DNA from: the human T2T-CHM13v2.0 reference genome, Homo sapiens
NCBI RefSeq assembly: GCF_009914755.1
Contig: NC_060929.1
Reading direction: 5' to 3' (one strand)
DNA: 64,000 nucleotides
Position numbers and translations under genes: made by a program
Shown: one piece after another, positions 34,071-51,952 of the stretch
How positions within the stretch are numbered: the first letter of the stretch is position 1
Layout of the letters: every line of letters begins with the position of its first letter
The notes under the pieces: generated by a model
What the model was told of the DNA's origin: nothing
The model's database searches: none
The model's input: only the letters and a program-made list of their open reading frames with translations

Positions 34071-37000
34071 ATCCCAGAGAGACAAAGATATGTGACCATT
34101 CAGACAGATAATTCATGTTTTATTTTGAATTTCACTGAGTTTCCTTAAAACAGCTATTTGTCTGACAGATAGCTGTTTTCAGGAGACTCAGTGAAATTCA
34201 AGATAACCAGAGAATGAATTCAGAATCCTAACAGATAAATTTAACAAACAGATTGAAATAATTAAAAAGAATCAAGCAGAAATTCTAGAGTTGAAAAATG
34301 CAATTCACATACTGAAGCATGCATCAGAATCTCTTAACAGCAGAACTGATCAAGCAGAAGAAAGAATTCGTGAGCTTTAAGACAGGCTATTTGAAAATAT
34401 GCAGTCAGAGGAGACAAAAGAAAAAAGAATAAAAAACAATAACACATGCCTACAAGATCTAGAAAATAGTCTCAAGTGGACAAATCTAAGAGTTATTGGC
34501 CTTAAAGAGGAGGTAGAGAGAGATAAGGCTGGAAAGTTTACTCAAAAGGATAATAGTAGGGAACGTTCCAAACCTAGAGAAAGATATCAATATTCAAGTA
34601 CAAGAATGCTGTGGAAGACCAAGCAGATTTAGCCCAAAGAAGACACCTCAAAACATTTAATATTCACACTTCCAAAGGTCAAGAATAAAGGAAGGATCCT
34701 AAAAGTATCAAGAGAAAAGAAACAAATAGCATACAGTAGAGCTTTAGTATTTCTGGCAGCAGACTTTTCAGTGAAAGCTTTACAGGCCAGGAGAGAGTGG
34801 CATGACATACTTAAAGTTCTAAGAAAAAAACTTTTACCCCAGAATAGTATATCCAGTGAAAATATCCTTCAAACATGAAGGAGAAATAAAGATTTTCTAA
34901 ACAAAAGCTGAAGGATTTCATCAATACTAGATCTGTCCTACAAGAAATGCTAAGGGGAGGTTTTCAATCTGAAAAAAAAGGACATTAATTGGCAATAATA
35001 AATCTTCTGAAGGTACGGAACTCACCGGTAATAGTAAATACACAGAAAAACACAGAATCTTATAACAACAATTGTGGTGTATAAACTACTCATATGTTTA
35101 GTACAAAGATTAAAAGAGGAACCAATCAAAATAATGACTACACCAACTTTTCAAGACATAGATAATACAATAAGATATAGATAGAAACAACAGAAAGTTA
35201 AAAAGTGATAGGACAAACTTAAAGTATGGAGTTTTTATTAGTTTTTTCTTTGCTTGTTTGTTTATGCAATCAGTGTTAAGCTGTCATCAGTTTAAAGTCA
35301 TGGATTATAACAAATTATTTGCAAGCCTCATGGTAGCCTCAAATAAAAACACATACAATAGATACACAAAAAATAAAAAGCAGGAAATTAAAAGATACCA
35401 CCAGAGAAAATCACTTTAACTAAAACGAAGACAGGAAGGAAGAAGGAAGAGAAGACCCCAAAACACCAGAATACAAATTACAAAATGGCAAGAGTAAGTC
35501 CTTACTTATTAATAATAACATTGAATTTAAACAGACTAAACTCTCCTGTCAGAAGACATAGAGTGGCTGAATAGATTTAAAAAAAAAAAAAGACCTGGGA
35601 TCTGTTGCCTACAAGAAACACACTTCACCTACAAAGACACACACAGACCAAAAATAAAGGGATGAAAAAAGGTATTCTGTGCAAATGGAAACAAAACAAA
35701 AGCAGGAGTAGCTATATTTATATCAGACAAAATAGATTTCAAGACAAAAACTATAAAAACAGATGAAAATAGTCATTATGTAATGAAAATGGGTCAATTC
35801 AGCAAAAGGATATAACAACTATAAATATATATACATCCAACACTGGAGCACCCAGGTATATAAAGCAAATGTTATTAAAGCTAAAGTGAGAGATAGACCT
35901 CAATATAATCATAGCTGGTGACCTATACACCTCACTTTCAGCATTAAGCAGATCAACCAGACAGAAGATCAACAAAGGAACACTGGGCTGAATGTGCACT
36001 ATAGGCCAAATGGACCTAATAGATAATTATAGAACATTTTGTCCAATGGCTGCAGAATACACATTATTATTATTCTCAGCACAAAACAAGTTTAAAACAT
36101 AAAAAAATGGAAATAATCAAGTATCTTCTCTAATCACAGTGTAATAAAACTAAAAATTAATAACAAGAGGAATTTTGGAAACTATACAAACACATGGAAA
36201 TTAAATAACATGTTTCTGAATGACCAGTGGATCAATGAATTAAGAATTAAGAAGGAAATTGAAAAATTTCTTGAAGCAAATGATAATGGAAACGCAACAT
36301 ATCAAAACCTATGGGATATAGCAAAAGCACTACCAAGAGGGAAGTCTATAGCTATAGGAGCCTACATAAAAACATAGAGAAACTTCAAATAAACAACCTA
36401 ATGATGCATCTTAATTAACTAGAAAAGCAAGAGCAAATCAAACCCCAAATTAATAGAAAAAAATAGACTAAAAATAAATGAAACTGAAATAAAACAAAAA
36501 AAGATCAAGACAATGAAAAGTTGGTTCTTTGTAAAGAGAAATGAAATTGACTAGCCTTTAGCCAAACTAAGAAAAAAGAGAAGTCTCAAATAAATAAAAT
36601 TAGAGATGAAAAAGCACACATTACAACCAATACTGCAGCAGTTCAAATGATCATTAGAGGCTACCATGGGCAACTACATGCCAATAAACTGGAAAACCTA
36701 GAAGAAATGGATACATTCCTAGACACATACAACCAAGATTAAACCATGAAGAAATCCAAAACATGAAGAGACCAATAATAAGTAGCAAAATTGAAGCTAT
36801 AATAAAATGTCTCCCAGCAAAGAAAAGTCCAGTACTCAATGGCTTCACTGGAATTTTACCAAACATTTAAAGAATACCTAATACCAATCCTACTCAAAAA
36901 AATGTTATAAAATAGAGGAAGGGGGAATAGTTCCAAACTTATTCTACAAGGCCAGTATTATTAAAAAGTAATTGAGGTTTTTGCCATTAAAAGTCAGGAT

Positions 37001-39715
37001 AATACCCTGATACCAAAACTAGACAAAGAGACATCAATAGAGAAAACTACAGGCCAATATCTCCGACGAACATTAATGCAAAAATCCTCAACAAACTACT
37101 AGCAAACCAAATTCAACAACATATTAAAAAGATCATTCATCATGATCAATTGGGATTTATCCCAGGGATGCAAGGTTGGTTTACTTATGCAAATCGATCT
37201 GTGTGATACATTTTATCAACAGAATGGAGGACAAAAACCATATGATTATTTCAATGATACTGAAAAAGCATTTGGTAAAATTCAACAACTCTTAATGATA
37301 AAACTCCTCAAAAAGCTGAGTATAGAAGAAACATACCTCAACATAATAAAAGCCATATATGACAGACCCACAGCTAGTATCATACTTAATGGGGAAAAGC
37401 TGAAAGCCTTTCCTCCAAGACCTGGAATATGACAAGGATACCCACTTTCACCATTGTTATTCAACATAGTACTGGAAATCCTAGCTAGAGCAATCAGACA
37501 AGAGAAAAAATAATGGACATCTAAATTGGAAAGGAGGAAGTCAAATTATCCTTGATTGCAGATGATATGATCTTGTATTTGGAAAAAACCAAAGACTCCA
37601 TAAGAAAACTGTTATAACTGAAAAACAAATTCAGTGAAATTGCATGATAAAAAATCAACATACAAAAATCTGTAGCATTTTTATATGCCAACAGTGAATA
37701 ATCTGAAAAAAGAAATTTAAAAAGTAATCCCATTTACAATAGCTACAAATAAAATTAAATACCTAGCAATTAATGAAAAAAGTGAGCAATCTCTACAATA
37801 AAAACTATAAAACACCAATGAAACTAATTGAAGATAACACCAAAAAATGGAAAGATATTCCATGTTCATGGATTGGAATAAACATTATTGTTAAAATGTC
37901 CATACTTCCCAAAGCAATCTACAGATTCAATGCAATCCTTATAAAAATACCAAGGACATTCTTCACAAAAATAGAAAAAAAATCCTAAAATTTGTATGGA
38001 GCCACAAAAGACCCAGAATAGCCAAAGCTATCTTCAGCAAAAAGAATAAAACTGGAGGAATCACATTACCTGACTTCAAATTATACTACAGAGTGATAGT
38101 AATCAAAACAACATGGTACTAGCATAAAAACAAATAGACCAGTGGAACAGAATACAGAACCCAGAAACAAATCCATACTTCTACAGTGAATTCATTTTTG
38201 ACAAAGGTGCCAAGAACATACATTGGGGAAAGAACAGTACCTTCAATAAATTGTACTGGGAAAACTACATATCTATAGGCAGAAGAATGAAGCTAGACCC
38301 CTACTTCTCATCATGCGCAAAAATCAAATCATAACAGATTAAAGACTTAAATCTAAGATGTCAAACTATGAAACTACTAAAAGAAAACATTGGCAAAATT
38401 CTTCAGGAAATTGGAGTAGGCAAAAATTTCTTGATTAATGCCCCTCAAGCACAAGCAACTAAAGCAAAAGTAGTTAAATGGTATCACATTGAGTTAAAAA
38501 GCTTCTTCCCAGCAAAGGAAACAATAAAAGAAAAAGTGAAGAGACATCCCACAGAATGGGAGAGAATATTTGGGACCCAAATGACGTCCCACAGAATGGG
38601 ACCCAAACTATCCATTTGATAAGGGATTAATAACCAGAATATATAAGTATCTCAAACAATTCTACAGGAAAAAAATCCAAGAATCATATTTAAAAATGGG
38701 CAAAGCATCTGAGTAGACATTTCACAAAAGAAGACATAAAAATGACAAACAAGTATATAAAAAGATGGTTAACATCATTGATCATCAAAGAAATACAAAT
38801 CAAAACTACAATGAGATGTTATCTCATCCCAGTTAGAATGACTTTTATCCAAAAGGCATGCAATAACAAATGTTGGTGAGGATGTGGAGAAAAGGAAACT
38901 CCTGTACACTGTTGGTGGGAATGTATTAATGTATTAGTACAACCTCTAAGGAGAACAGTTTGGAGATTCTTTAAAGAACTGAAAATGGAGCTACCATATG
39001 ATCCAGCAATTGCACTACTTGGTGTATATCCAAAAGAAAGAAAATCAGTGTGTCAAAAAGATTTCTTCATTCCCCTGTTTGTTGTAGCAATATTTACAAT
39101 AGCCAAGATTTGGAATCAACCTGTGTCCATCAATAGATGAATGAATAAAGCAAATGTGGTATATATACACAATGGAGTACTGTTCAGCCATAAAAAAGAA
39201 TGAGATGCTATCATTTGTAACAACATGGATGGAACTGTAATACATCCTGTTAAGTGAAATATGACAGTCAAAGAAAGAAAAACTTTAATTGTTCTTACTT
39301 ATTTGTGGGAGCTAAAAATTAAAACAATGGAACTCGTGGAGATGGAAAGTAGAATAATAGTTACCATAAGTTGAGAAGGGTAGTTAGGGGATAGAGGAAA
39401 GGGAGGACGGCTAATGGATACAAAAAAACAGTTAGAATGAATAAGATCTAGTATTTGATAGTACAACAGAGTGACTACAGTCAATAATAATTTATTGTAC
39501 ATTTTAAATGTAACTAAAAGAAAATAATTGGATTGTTTGTAACACAAATAAGAAATAAATGCCTAAGGTAATTTGTATCCCATTTACCCTGAAGTGATTT
39601 TATGCATTGCATGCCTATATCAAAGTATCTCATGTATCCCATAAATATATACACCTACCATGTACCCACAAAAATTAAAAGTAAAAATATTTTATATTTT
39701 AAAAAGACAGGAAAA
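34071..39715 (+). mobile_element. L1MA2/L1MA3-like, from ORF1 to the 3' end (~5.6 kb), ORFs decayed
   Basis: ORF1 and ORF2 fragments in the ORF track; 3'UTR GAATAAGATCTAGTATTTGATAG...CCCACAAAAATTAAAA. Confidence 0.9.
34120..34206. repeat. Near-perfect palindrome, 43-bp arms with a 1-nt spacer
   Basis: 34120-34162 vs reverse complement of 34164-34206 match at 39/43 positions. Confidence 0.95.
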
Positions 39716-40196
39716 AGAAAAATAAATGCAATTGATTTTTGTATGTTTATCATATATTCTGCAAACTTGCTGAACTCACTTATTAGTTCTAAGAGTATTT
39801 TATAAATTATTTGGGATTTCCTATGTGGATCATCATGCCACCTGCAAATATGGACAGTTTATTTCTTCCTTTTCAATCTGTATAATTTAATTTCCTTTTC
39901 TTGCTTTATTGCACAGGCTAGAGCTTTAAGTTCTAGGTTGAATAAGAATGGTAAGAGTGGACATCCTTGCCTTTTTCCTAATCTTAGAGGGGAAGCAGTC
40001 ATTCTTTCATCATTAAGTATATTATTGTAAGTTTTTGGTAGTTGCTCTTTATCAAGTTAAGGAGATTCCCTTCTATTCCTACTTTTCTGATATTTTTTTC
40101 TCTCTCTCTGTGAATGTGAATGGGAGTTGAATTTTGCCAAAAGCCTTTTCTTTGTCAATTGATATGATCTTGTGATTTTCTTCTTTAGTCTGTTTA

Positions 40197-40558
<362 letters not shown>

Positions 40559-41284
40559 TTGAACCATCTTTGCATCCATTAATAAACTCCATTAGATCAT
40601 GGTGGATAATGTATTTTGTATGTTGTTAAAATTTATTTACTAATATTTTGTTAAGGTTTTTTTCATCAATATTCATCAACAATTTTGGTCTGTAGTTTGT
40701 TGTTGCTGTTATTGTTTGTACTATCTTTGTCTAGTTTTGATATCATAAAATGAATTGGGAAATATTCTTTTCTATTTTCCTGGAACAGATTATATAAAAT
40801 TAGTGTTAATTCTTCTTTAAATGTTTGGTACTATTCTCTAGTAAAACCATTTGAGCCTGGAGGATTCTTTTTCAGGAGTTCTAAGTTATCAATGTCGTGA
40901 ATAGTTACAGGCCTATTCACATTTATTTAATATTGGGTGAGTTGTGATAGTTTGTGTTTATCAAGGAATTGTCAAATTTATGTGTGTTGTGTTCCCTTAT
41001 TATCATTTTGATATCTTCTTCTGTAGTGATATCCCGTTTCATTTCTGATATTTGTCATTTGTGTCTTCTCTTCTTTTTTCTTTGCCAGTCTTGCTAGACA
41101 TTTGTATATTTTATTGATCTTTTCACAGAACCAGTGATTTGCTTCATTGATTTTCTCTGTCGTTTTTCTGTTTTCAACTTCATTGATTTCTGCTATTATC
41201 CTTATTCTTTACTTCTTTCTGCTTGCTTTAAAATTATTTTGCTCTTGGCTTTTTAGTTATTGAAGTGAGAGCTTCTACTGTTGA

Positions 41285-41596
<312 letters not shown>

Positions 41597-41978
41597 TCCT
41601 TTTTTAAGTTATACATTTACTGCATAAATTTCCCTCTAAGTCCTGCTTTAGCTGTGTTCCACAAATCTGATGTGTTATAATTTCATTTTCATTCAATGCA
41701 TTTTTTAAAATCTTTGTAAGAAAATTCTAACATTTCTGTCATCTTGGTATTGGCATTTACTGGTTGTCTTTTTTATTCTGTTTGAGATCTTCCTTGCTCT
41801 TAGCATGAATAATTTTTAATTGCAGCCTGAACATTTATATATTATGTTATGAAACTCTGGATATTCTGTAAACTTTTTGTTTTAGCTGGCTTAATTTTTT
41901 TATAGTGCTCTGGCAGGGAAAGTGAGGGCATCACCTCACTACTTCCAGCTGGAGGTAAAAGGTCAAGTTCTCCACTCA

Positions 41979-42389
<411 letters not shown>

Positions 42390-43360
42390 TCACTGATAGG
42401 CAAAGGTGGGAGTCCCAGCTCCCCAAGGTGGCCTCCACTGACACCCTTAAGGTGATAGTTTCATTACCGGGGATAATAATGAAAGTTTGGCTCTCCATTA
42501 GATTTCCTCTGGTGTAGTCCCAGCATAGAGGGGAAGGAATAAGTCATTACTGGCAGGTGGGGGTGAAAATCCAGGCTCTCCATTTTGTCTCTACTGACAG
42601 GATGGGGATGAATATGCTCATCACCTAACTGGTGGGATAATAGCTAGCTCCTTCCTTTCCTTTTCTAGTATCATCCAGGTGGGAATGTTAGGGATCCTTA
42701 CTACAACCTTACAAGAGTGAAAATCTAGGCTCCCCACTTGGCCTTTACTGATGGAGGTGGGGGTGGGACCACAGTTTTGTGGGGTTCAGCTAGAGTAGAG
42801 TGATTATTACTTATGTAAGTTTTTAGTCTTGCTAAGTTATTCCTTTTCTGGTTCTTTGGTTAGAGATAGCAAGTTTTGTTGGATAATTATTTTTTGTCTG
42901 TGCCTATTAACATTTTCAAGTTTTCAGGTTCTTCAGCTCTAAGAATGGAATATATGAGGCAAGAAGAAAACCCAGGGAACTTAACCACTGTGGCATTCCT
43001 TAGGTCCTGTCATTTCTAGTCAGTCTGCCTTCTTCTCTCCACCTTCCAAAATCCTCTTATATTTTTCTCATCTATCATATTTATGGATTTTATTTGTACT
43101 TATTAGGAGAAATAGGGGAAAGTACTTCCACTCCATTTTCCAAGAAGTAGAAATCTCCTGCCTATTTTTTATATGGCACTATTGTAGCTATTTTTATATG
43201 GCAATATTATAATTTGTCATTTTCCCACTTTACCAAAGCCCCATAGGTTTGTTTTGTACCAATTTGGAAACTAGTATTCTATTAGATTAAAGTTTCAATT
43301 GGAAATTTTAAAACAAGGTCCTAACTAAATGAAAGTCTGGATCAACTTGGAAAGTTTTTC

Positions 43361-43657
43361 ATTTTATTTTTTATTTTTTGAGATGGAGTCTCGCTCTGTC
43401 GCCCAGGCTGGAGTGCAGTGGCACCATCTCAGCTCACTGCAACCTCCGCCTCATGGGTTCAAGCAATTCTCTGCCTCAGCTTCCCGAGTAGATGGGATTA
43501 CAGGTGCCCACCACCATGCCCAGCTAATTTTTGTATTTTTAGTAGAGACGGGATTTCACCATCTTGGCCAGGCTGGTCTTGAACTCCTGTCCTTGTGATC
43601 CACCCGCCTTGGCCTGCCAAAGTGCTGGGATCACTGGCGTGAGCCACCGCACCCAGC
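43361..43657 (-). mobile_element. AluS
   Basis: Full antisense dimer. Confidence 0.95.
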
Positions 43658-43969
43658 AGAATATTTTTTATACACACACACTGTATATATGTGCCCCGTG
43701 AACAAAGGACAAATTGTTCAGGAATCCATGGACAAGGTGATCATAAATAGACTACAAAGAAAACCCTGATAATTTTTAAAAATAAAAATTAAGGAGACCT
43801 TATTCTTCACTATAAAACAATACAATTTAAAATTAATAACAGAAGATTAAGCAAAAACAAGCACTCAAATACTTGGATACATGAAATCTCATAATCATTG
43901 AATTAAAATGATATCAAAAGTGCTGTTTTAAAACAAATATAAATATGCTGTTTTTAAATTTTTCTGCAG

Positions 43970-44661
43970 GTTTAAAGACTTTCATAAGAAGTTTCAAAAA
44001 TTACACTGTGAGAATTTCATTAATTTGAATACTATCTCATTCTGCTGTCTTTGCTCTGCATTTGTGAAGGGAAGGCATTTCATGGATGACTTTGGCATTC
44101 ATCATAATGAGAACAACTTCCATGGTGAATACTAACCGGAAGAATTGTGTGCTTTTTAATGGTTTGGAACATCACTCCTGGCAGCACCTTGGAGACTTAT
44201 TTTTTAACTAATTTATGCTCACGGGGTCTGGACTTCAAGAGCATGTGTCCATTCAAACCACTTACACACTTTAATACAATCTCTATAATAGAAGTTATTC
44301 ATGTGGTTATTTGAAGCCTGGTGGTATAATCCTCTCATATGATAGTGTACTTTTGTGAGTTAGAAGTCAACATTAAAAGGCTCACAGAGTTAATTTAGGT
44401 TCTGTCTGATTCATCACTCAGCTAGTCTTTGCAAACTACAGGATACTGTTGTTGGGGACAAGTGGGAAGAAAAGTGCCAGAACTCTACTTTTAGATATAA
44501 TTAAAATCTTCAATCTGTAGGACTATCCTGCTCAGAATAATATGTACCCTTTGGTGGTAATTCAGGATTTTAGTGCTAAACCCAAAAGAACAGGGCAACT
44601 TGACTTTTTAAAAATTTTAGATATGAGAATAAACAGTAATGCTATGGAGAAATATTAACAG
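43970..44661 (+). pseudogene. Candidate degraded exon(s): signal-peptide-like and sushi/CCP-like segment
   Basis: Acceptor tttttctgcAG|G and donor ACAG|GTGAGC; unique DNA; fragments ILTGRIVCFLMVWNITPGS and DKWEEKCQNSTFRYN*NLQSVGLSCSE*YVPFGGNSGF*C; many stops. Confidence 0.3.
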
Positions 44662-45283
44662 GTGAGCACCCTCTCAATTCAAAATAACACATTGTTACTA
44701 GTAGTGATTCAGGTAAATACATATTTTCCAGTTGGACTTCTAGTTTCATATGTGTTCCTTTACTTTGTCATTGTTAAAATGCACTTCTCAAATTTTTGAT
44801 AGTTTCTGCCTCCTTCTCCTCAAATTTCTGTGGTATTTACCACATATTTTAAAATCTTGCATTTTTTTCCTTTCTGTTTTGACCAATAAGCCTCACTATA
44901 CAATTAACAGTTTTTACGTGGTTGAATAAGAGAGGGATCAAGAATATCTTTTGAGAATCTAGAAACATGATCATCTTAAATCTTGCAAACAAAAATTATT
45001 CTCAGGGTATATAATTTTAAAAATTAGGTTTACAAGGCTCATTCAGCTTTTATTAGTCATTGCTTTAACTAATAATGTCCAGATAATAAAAGTTGATCCA
45101 TGGACAGGTTAAATTTCTCACTTTTAAGTTTTATTTTTTGCTTGGTGTCATTCATCTAGTTTTTAGATAAATGTCTACATTCAATGTTTAAGAGCTCAGA
45201 CCTAATGAATCACATCCTTAGAAGTGTTTTCCCTCTGGTAAAGTCCAATGAACTGTTGCAGTATTACTGCCTCGAGGAACAAA

Positions 45284-45494
45284 TTTTTTTTAATTATACT
45301 TTAAGTTCCAGGGCACATGTGCACAATGTACAGGTTTGTTACATATGTATACATGTGCCATGTTGGTGTGCTGCACCCATTAACTCGTCATTTACATTAG
45401 GTATATCTCCTAATGCTATCCCTCTCCCCTCCCCCTACCCCATGACAGGCCCCAGTGTGTGATGTTCCCCTTCCTGTGTCCAAGTGTTCTCATT
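45284..45494 (-). mobile_element. L1PA5-like 3'UTR stub (~210 bp)
   Basis: Antisense 3' end TTTAATTATACTTTAAGTTC..; flanking GGAACAAA..TTTTTT direct repeats (TSD). Confidence 0.92.
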
Positions 45495-46076
45495 GGAACA
45501 AAAATTTTTTATCCTAATAATTAAAATAACTTGGGAATAGAATAGTTAAGTATTGGTGTGTCTACTAAGTTCATCTCCCAAGATGAGATAAGAAAGAAAG
45601 AATAAAAGTTCTTTGTTAAATTCCCTTTGTCAGTCTTCACAGATTGGAAAAAAAGAAAAGTGTACGTTGGAAAAGCTGATATTACATATTGTACAGACCA
45701 CATATAATTTATTTATCTTTATGTCACAGGATTTAAATAGAGATAAGATACTGCAAATAAAATAATATCCAATCAAAATATTTGCCACATTTTCTAGTTA
45801 ACCCTATCCCTTCCCATCCTTTCTAAACTCCTTTTCTGCTTTAACAGTATATCATCTAAAAAATACTGTTTTATGTACTCATGGTAGTATACCTTAAGTT
45901 AAATGTTTTGATTTCAGCTTCAAAGGAAAAAAAGAAAAGAAAAGAATTGAGCACTAGAATTTTGATAGTAGAACATATTTTCTTAAATTTCATTCCAATC
46001 CTATTTAGAATTAACAACATTTTATACAAGACTTACACTTCAAAAAATATATGTTTCAGGCAAAAAATGGCAGAGG

Positions 46077-48905
<2,829 letters not shown>

Positions 48906-49319
48906 TTTTAAAAGCCCAGAGGTTTGTAGACATGATAAAAAATAAAAGGCATTCTGAGTCTGAAAGACTACCTTACATTAAAACATTTGATTAAGACTAT
49001 AATGTATATTATATTTTATTGAGAGGAAAACTGTCCTCAAAATGACCCAGAACTACTAACCTTCCACACAAAAACTTTATTTTGCCAGTCTCTCTGTTTT
49101 TCTGCCCTAGTCACTACAATTGGGGTTGAATACTTGTTAAAACAACTAATCCATTCTTTCTCTTTAAACATATTTCCCTCCTCTTCCTTGAGTTAGCCAG
49201 AACTCACCTGTATTATGGTGTCTCTAGATCTGTGATTAGGAGCCTCTTGGCTTTTTCTGATTGTATTTTATTCCTGTATGCCTTTCACTGATCACCAAAT
49301 TTTATATGTAAGCTAGATC

Positions 49320-50060
49320 TTTAAATATCCATAGGAAGTAAGAAAAAAGAACCCACAGAGTGTCCCAGAAAACAGATGAAATAGACTCATACCAAGACAC
49401 GTCATTGTAAAATTTTAGTACAGTGGAGATAGTGTTTCAGAGAGAAAAAATAGGTCACATAAAAAGAATTAAAAATCAAAATTGTTGAATATTTGACACT
49501 GGAGTACAGGAAGTTCAAGGTCATTGGAAACATGCCTTTAAAATTCTGAGAGAAAATGACTTGCAACCAAACATTTTATACCAAGCCAAATTTTAAGCAA
49601 GTTTCAGAATACAATAAATAGGTTTTTGGCAGGAAATTTGTAAAAAAAATTTTTCCTTATTCCTTCTCTCAGGAAGCTCTTGGAGGCTAAGTTCTACCAA
49701 AATGAGGGAACAAACCAAGAAAGAGGAAGGCCTGGCAAACCAGAAGCAGTATTTTCAATCCAAGACGAGATGAAAGTAATAACCATGATGTTATGAAAGC
49801 AGATACTAGGATGAAAAATGCAGGCATAGAGGGTAACCCATACATATTGTAGCATGGCAGAAGACACTATGAGAAACACCATTAGGAACATAAAATTGGA
49901 ATACCTGATGTGTTTGAACATTTTGAAAGGAGATTTAGATGATTGTGAGGAATTTGCATGGAATCAAATAAATACATGGAAAACTAAGCAAATAAGAAAA
50001 GATAATTACTAAATTCTAGACAGATAAATGTTAAGTCATAAAGGAAGAGCAATGATTTCC
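49320..50060 (+). mobile_element. HAL1 fragment
   Basis: ATGCCTTTAAAATTCTGAGAGAAAATGAC and CCAAAATGAGGGAACAAACCAAGAAAGAGGAAG. Confidence 0.7.
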
Positions 50061-50896
50061 TTCCTGGCCCAGTTGAGACTAGTGTTTATATTAGTATAGG
50101 CACCCCAGCTCTCTTTTGGTAACTATTTCCACAGTGTATCTTTTTTTCCATCTTTTTACTTTCAACTTATTTGTCTTTGTGAAGTGTATCTCTTGTATAC
50201 AGCTCATAGTTGGATTATGTTTTTTAAATCCATTCTGTCAATGTCTGCCTTTTGATTAGAGTGTTTAATCTATTTACATTTAATAGAATTTATTGCTGTC
50301 ATTTGAATATTTGTTTTTATGTCTTTATTTGTTCCGCTATTCCTCCATTACTGCCTTTTTGTATGTTAATAGATATTTTCTAGTATACCATTTTAATTCA
50401 CTTGTCATTTCTTTTACTTTTTTTGAGTTATTTCTTAGTTTGGATTAATGCCAAAACTTTTCTTCAGTTTAGCTCTGTTTCCTTCCCCTCCTTTATGCTG
50501 TTATTATCATATAAACTGCAACTTTAACCCATAAGCAGTTTTATAATTATTGCTTTATGCAGTTGTCTTTTAAGTCAGATAGGAGACAAAAAGAGATAGC
50601 AACAAATATAAATTTATACTGGTCTTTCATATTTACTTATATAGTTACCTTTATGTGAGTTCTTTATTTATTTGTGTGGTTTCAAGTTACTATCTAGTGT
50701 TGTTTCACTTCAGCCTGAAGTACTCTCTTTATATTTCTTGTAGTACATGTCTTTCAGTCATAAACTCTTGCAGTTGTTTATCTGAGAACATCTTAGTTTC
50801 CCTTTGATTTTTAAGGATAGTTTTGATGAACATAGAATTCTTTGATGACAATCCCTTGAAATGATGAGTCATTTTTATTTCAAGATTATCTTTTTT

Positions 50897-51207
50897 GGAC
50901 CATGCACAGTGACTCACGCCTGCAATCCCAGCACTTTGGGAGGCCGAGGCGGGCGGATCACGAGGTCAGGAGATTGAGACCATCCTGGCTAACACAGTGA
51001 AACCCCGTCTCTACTAAAAATACAAAAAATTAGCCGGGCGTGGTGGCAGGTGCCTGTAGTCCCAGCTACTCGGGAATCTGAGGCAGGAGAATGGCGTGAA
51101 CCAGGAGGCGGAGCTTGCAGTGAGCCGAGATCGCATCACTGCACTACAGCCTGGGTGACAGAGCGAGACTGGGTCTCAAAAAAAAAAATAAATAAATAAA
51201 TAAAAAA
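50897..51207 (+). mobile_element. AluY
   Basis: AluY diagnostics, (TAAA)n tail, TSD AAGATTATCTTTTTT. Confidence 0.95.
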
Positions 51208-51508
51208 GATTATCTTTTTTTCTTTGGCTTTTGACAATTTGGACTATGATATGTCTAAGTGTGCAATAATTTCAATTATTTTACTTGGAATTTGTTGAGC
51301 TTTTGGGATGTGTAGATTAATGATTTTCATCAAATTGGGAATATTTTTGGTCATTACTTCTACAGATATTCTCTCCACCTCTTTATCTCCCTCCTCTCCT
51401 TCTGGGCCTTCCATTATGCATATGTTAGATGTTTGATGGTGTCCCACAGATATCTTAGGCTCTATTCCTTTTTCTTCTTTATTTTTTTCTTTCTGTTCCT
51501 CAGACTGA

Positions 51509-51952
<444 letters not shown>

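Noticed and set aside
44305-44345. GYLKPGGIILSYD as a SAM-methyltransferase motif
   Set aside because: Isolated short match with no glycine-rich motif I nearby, bounded by stops
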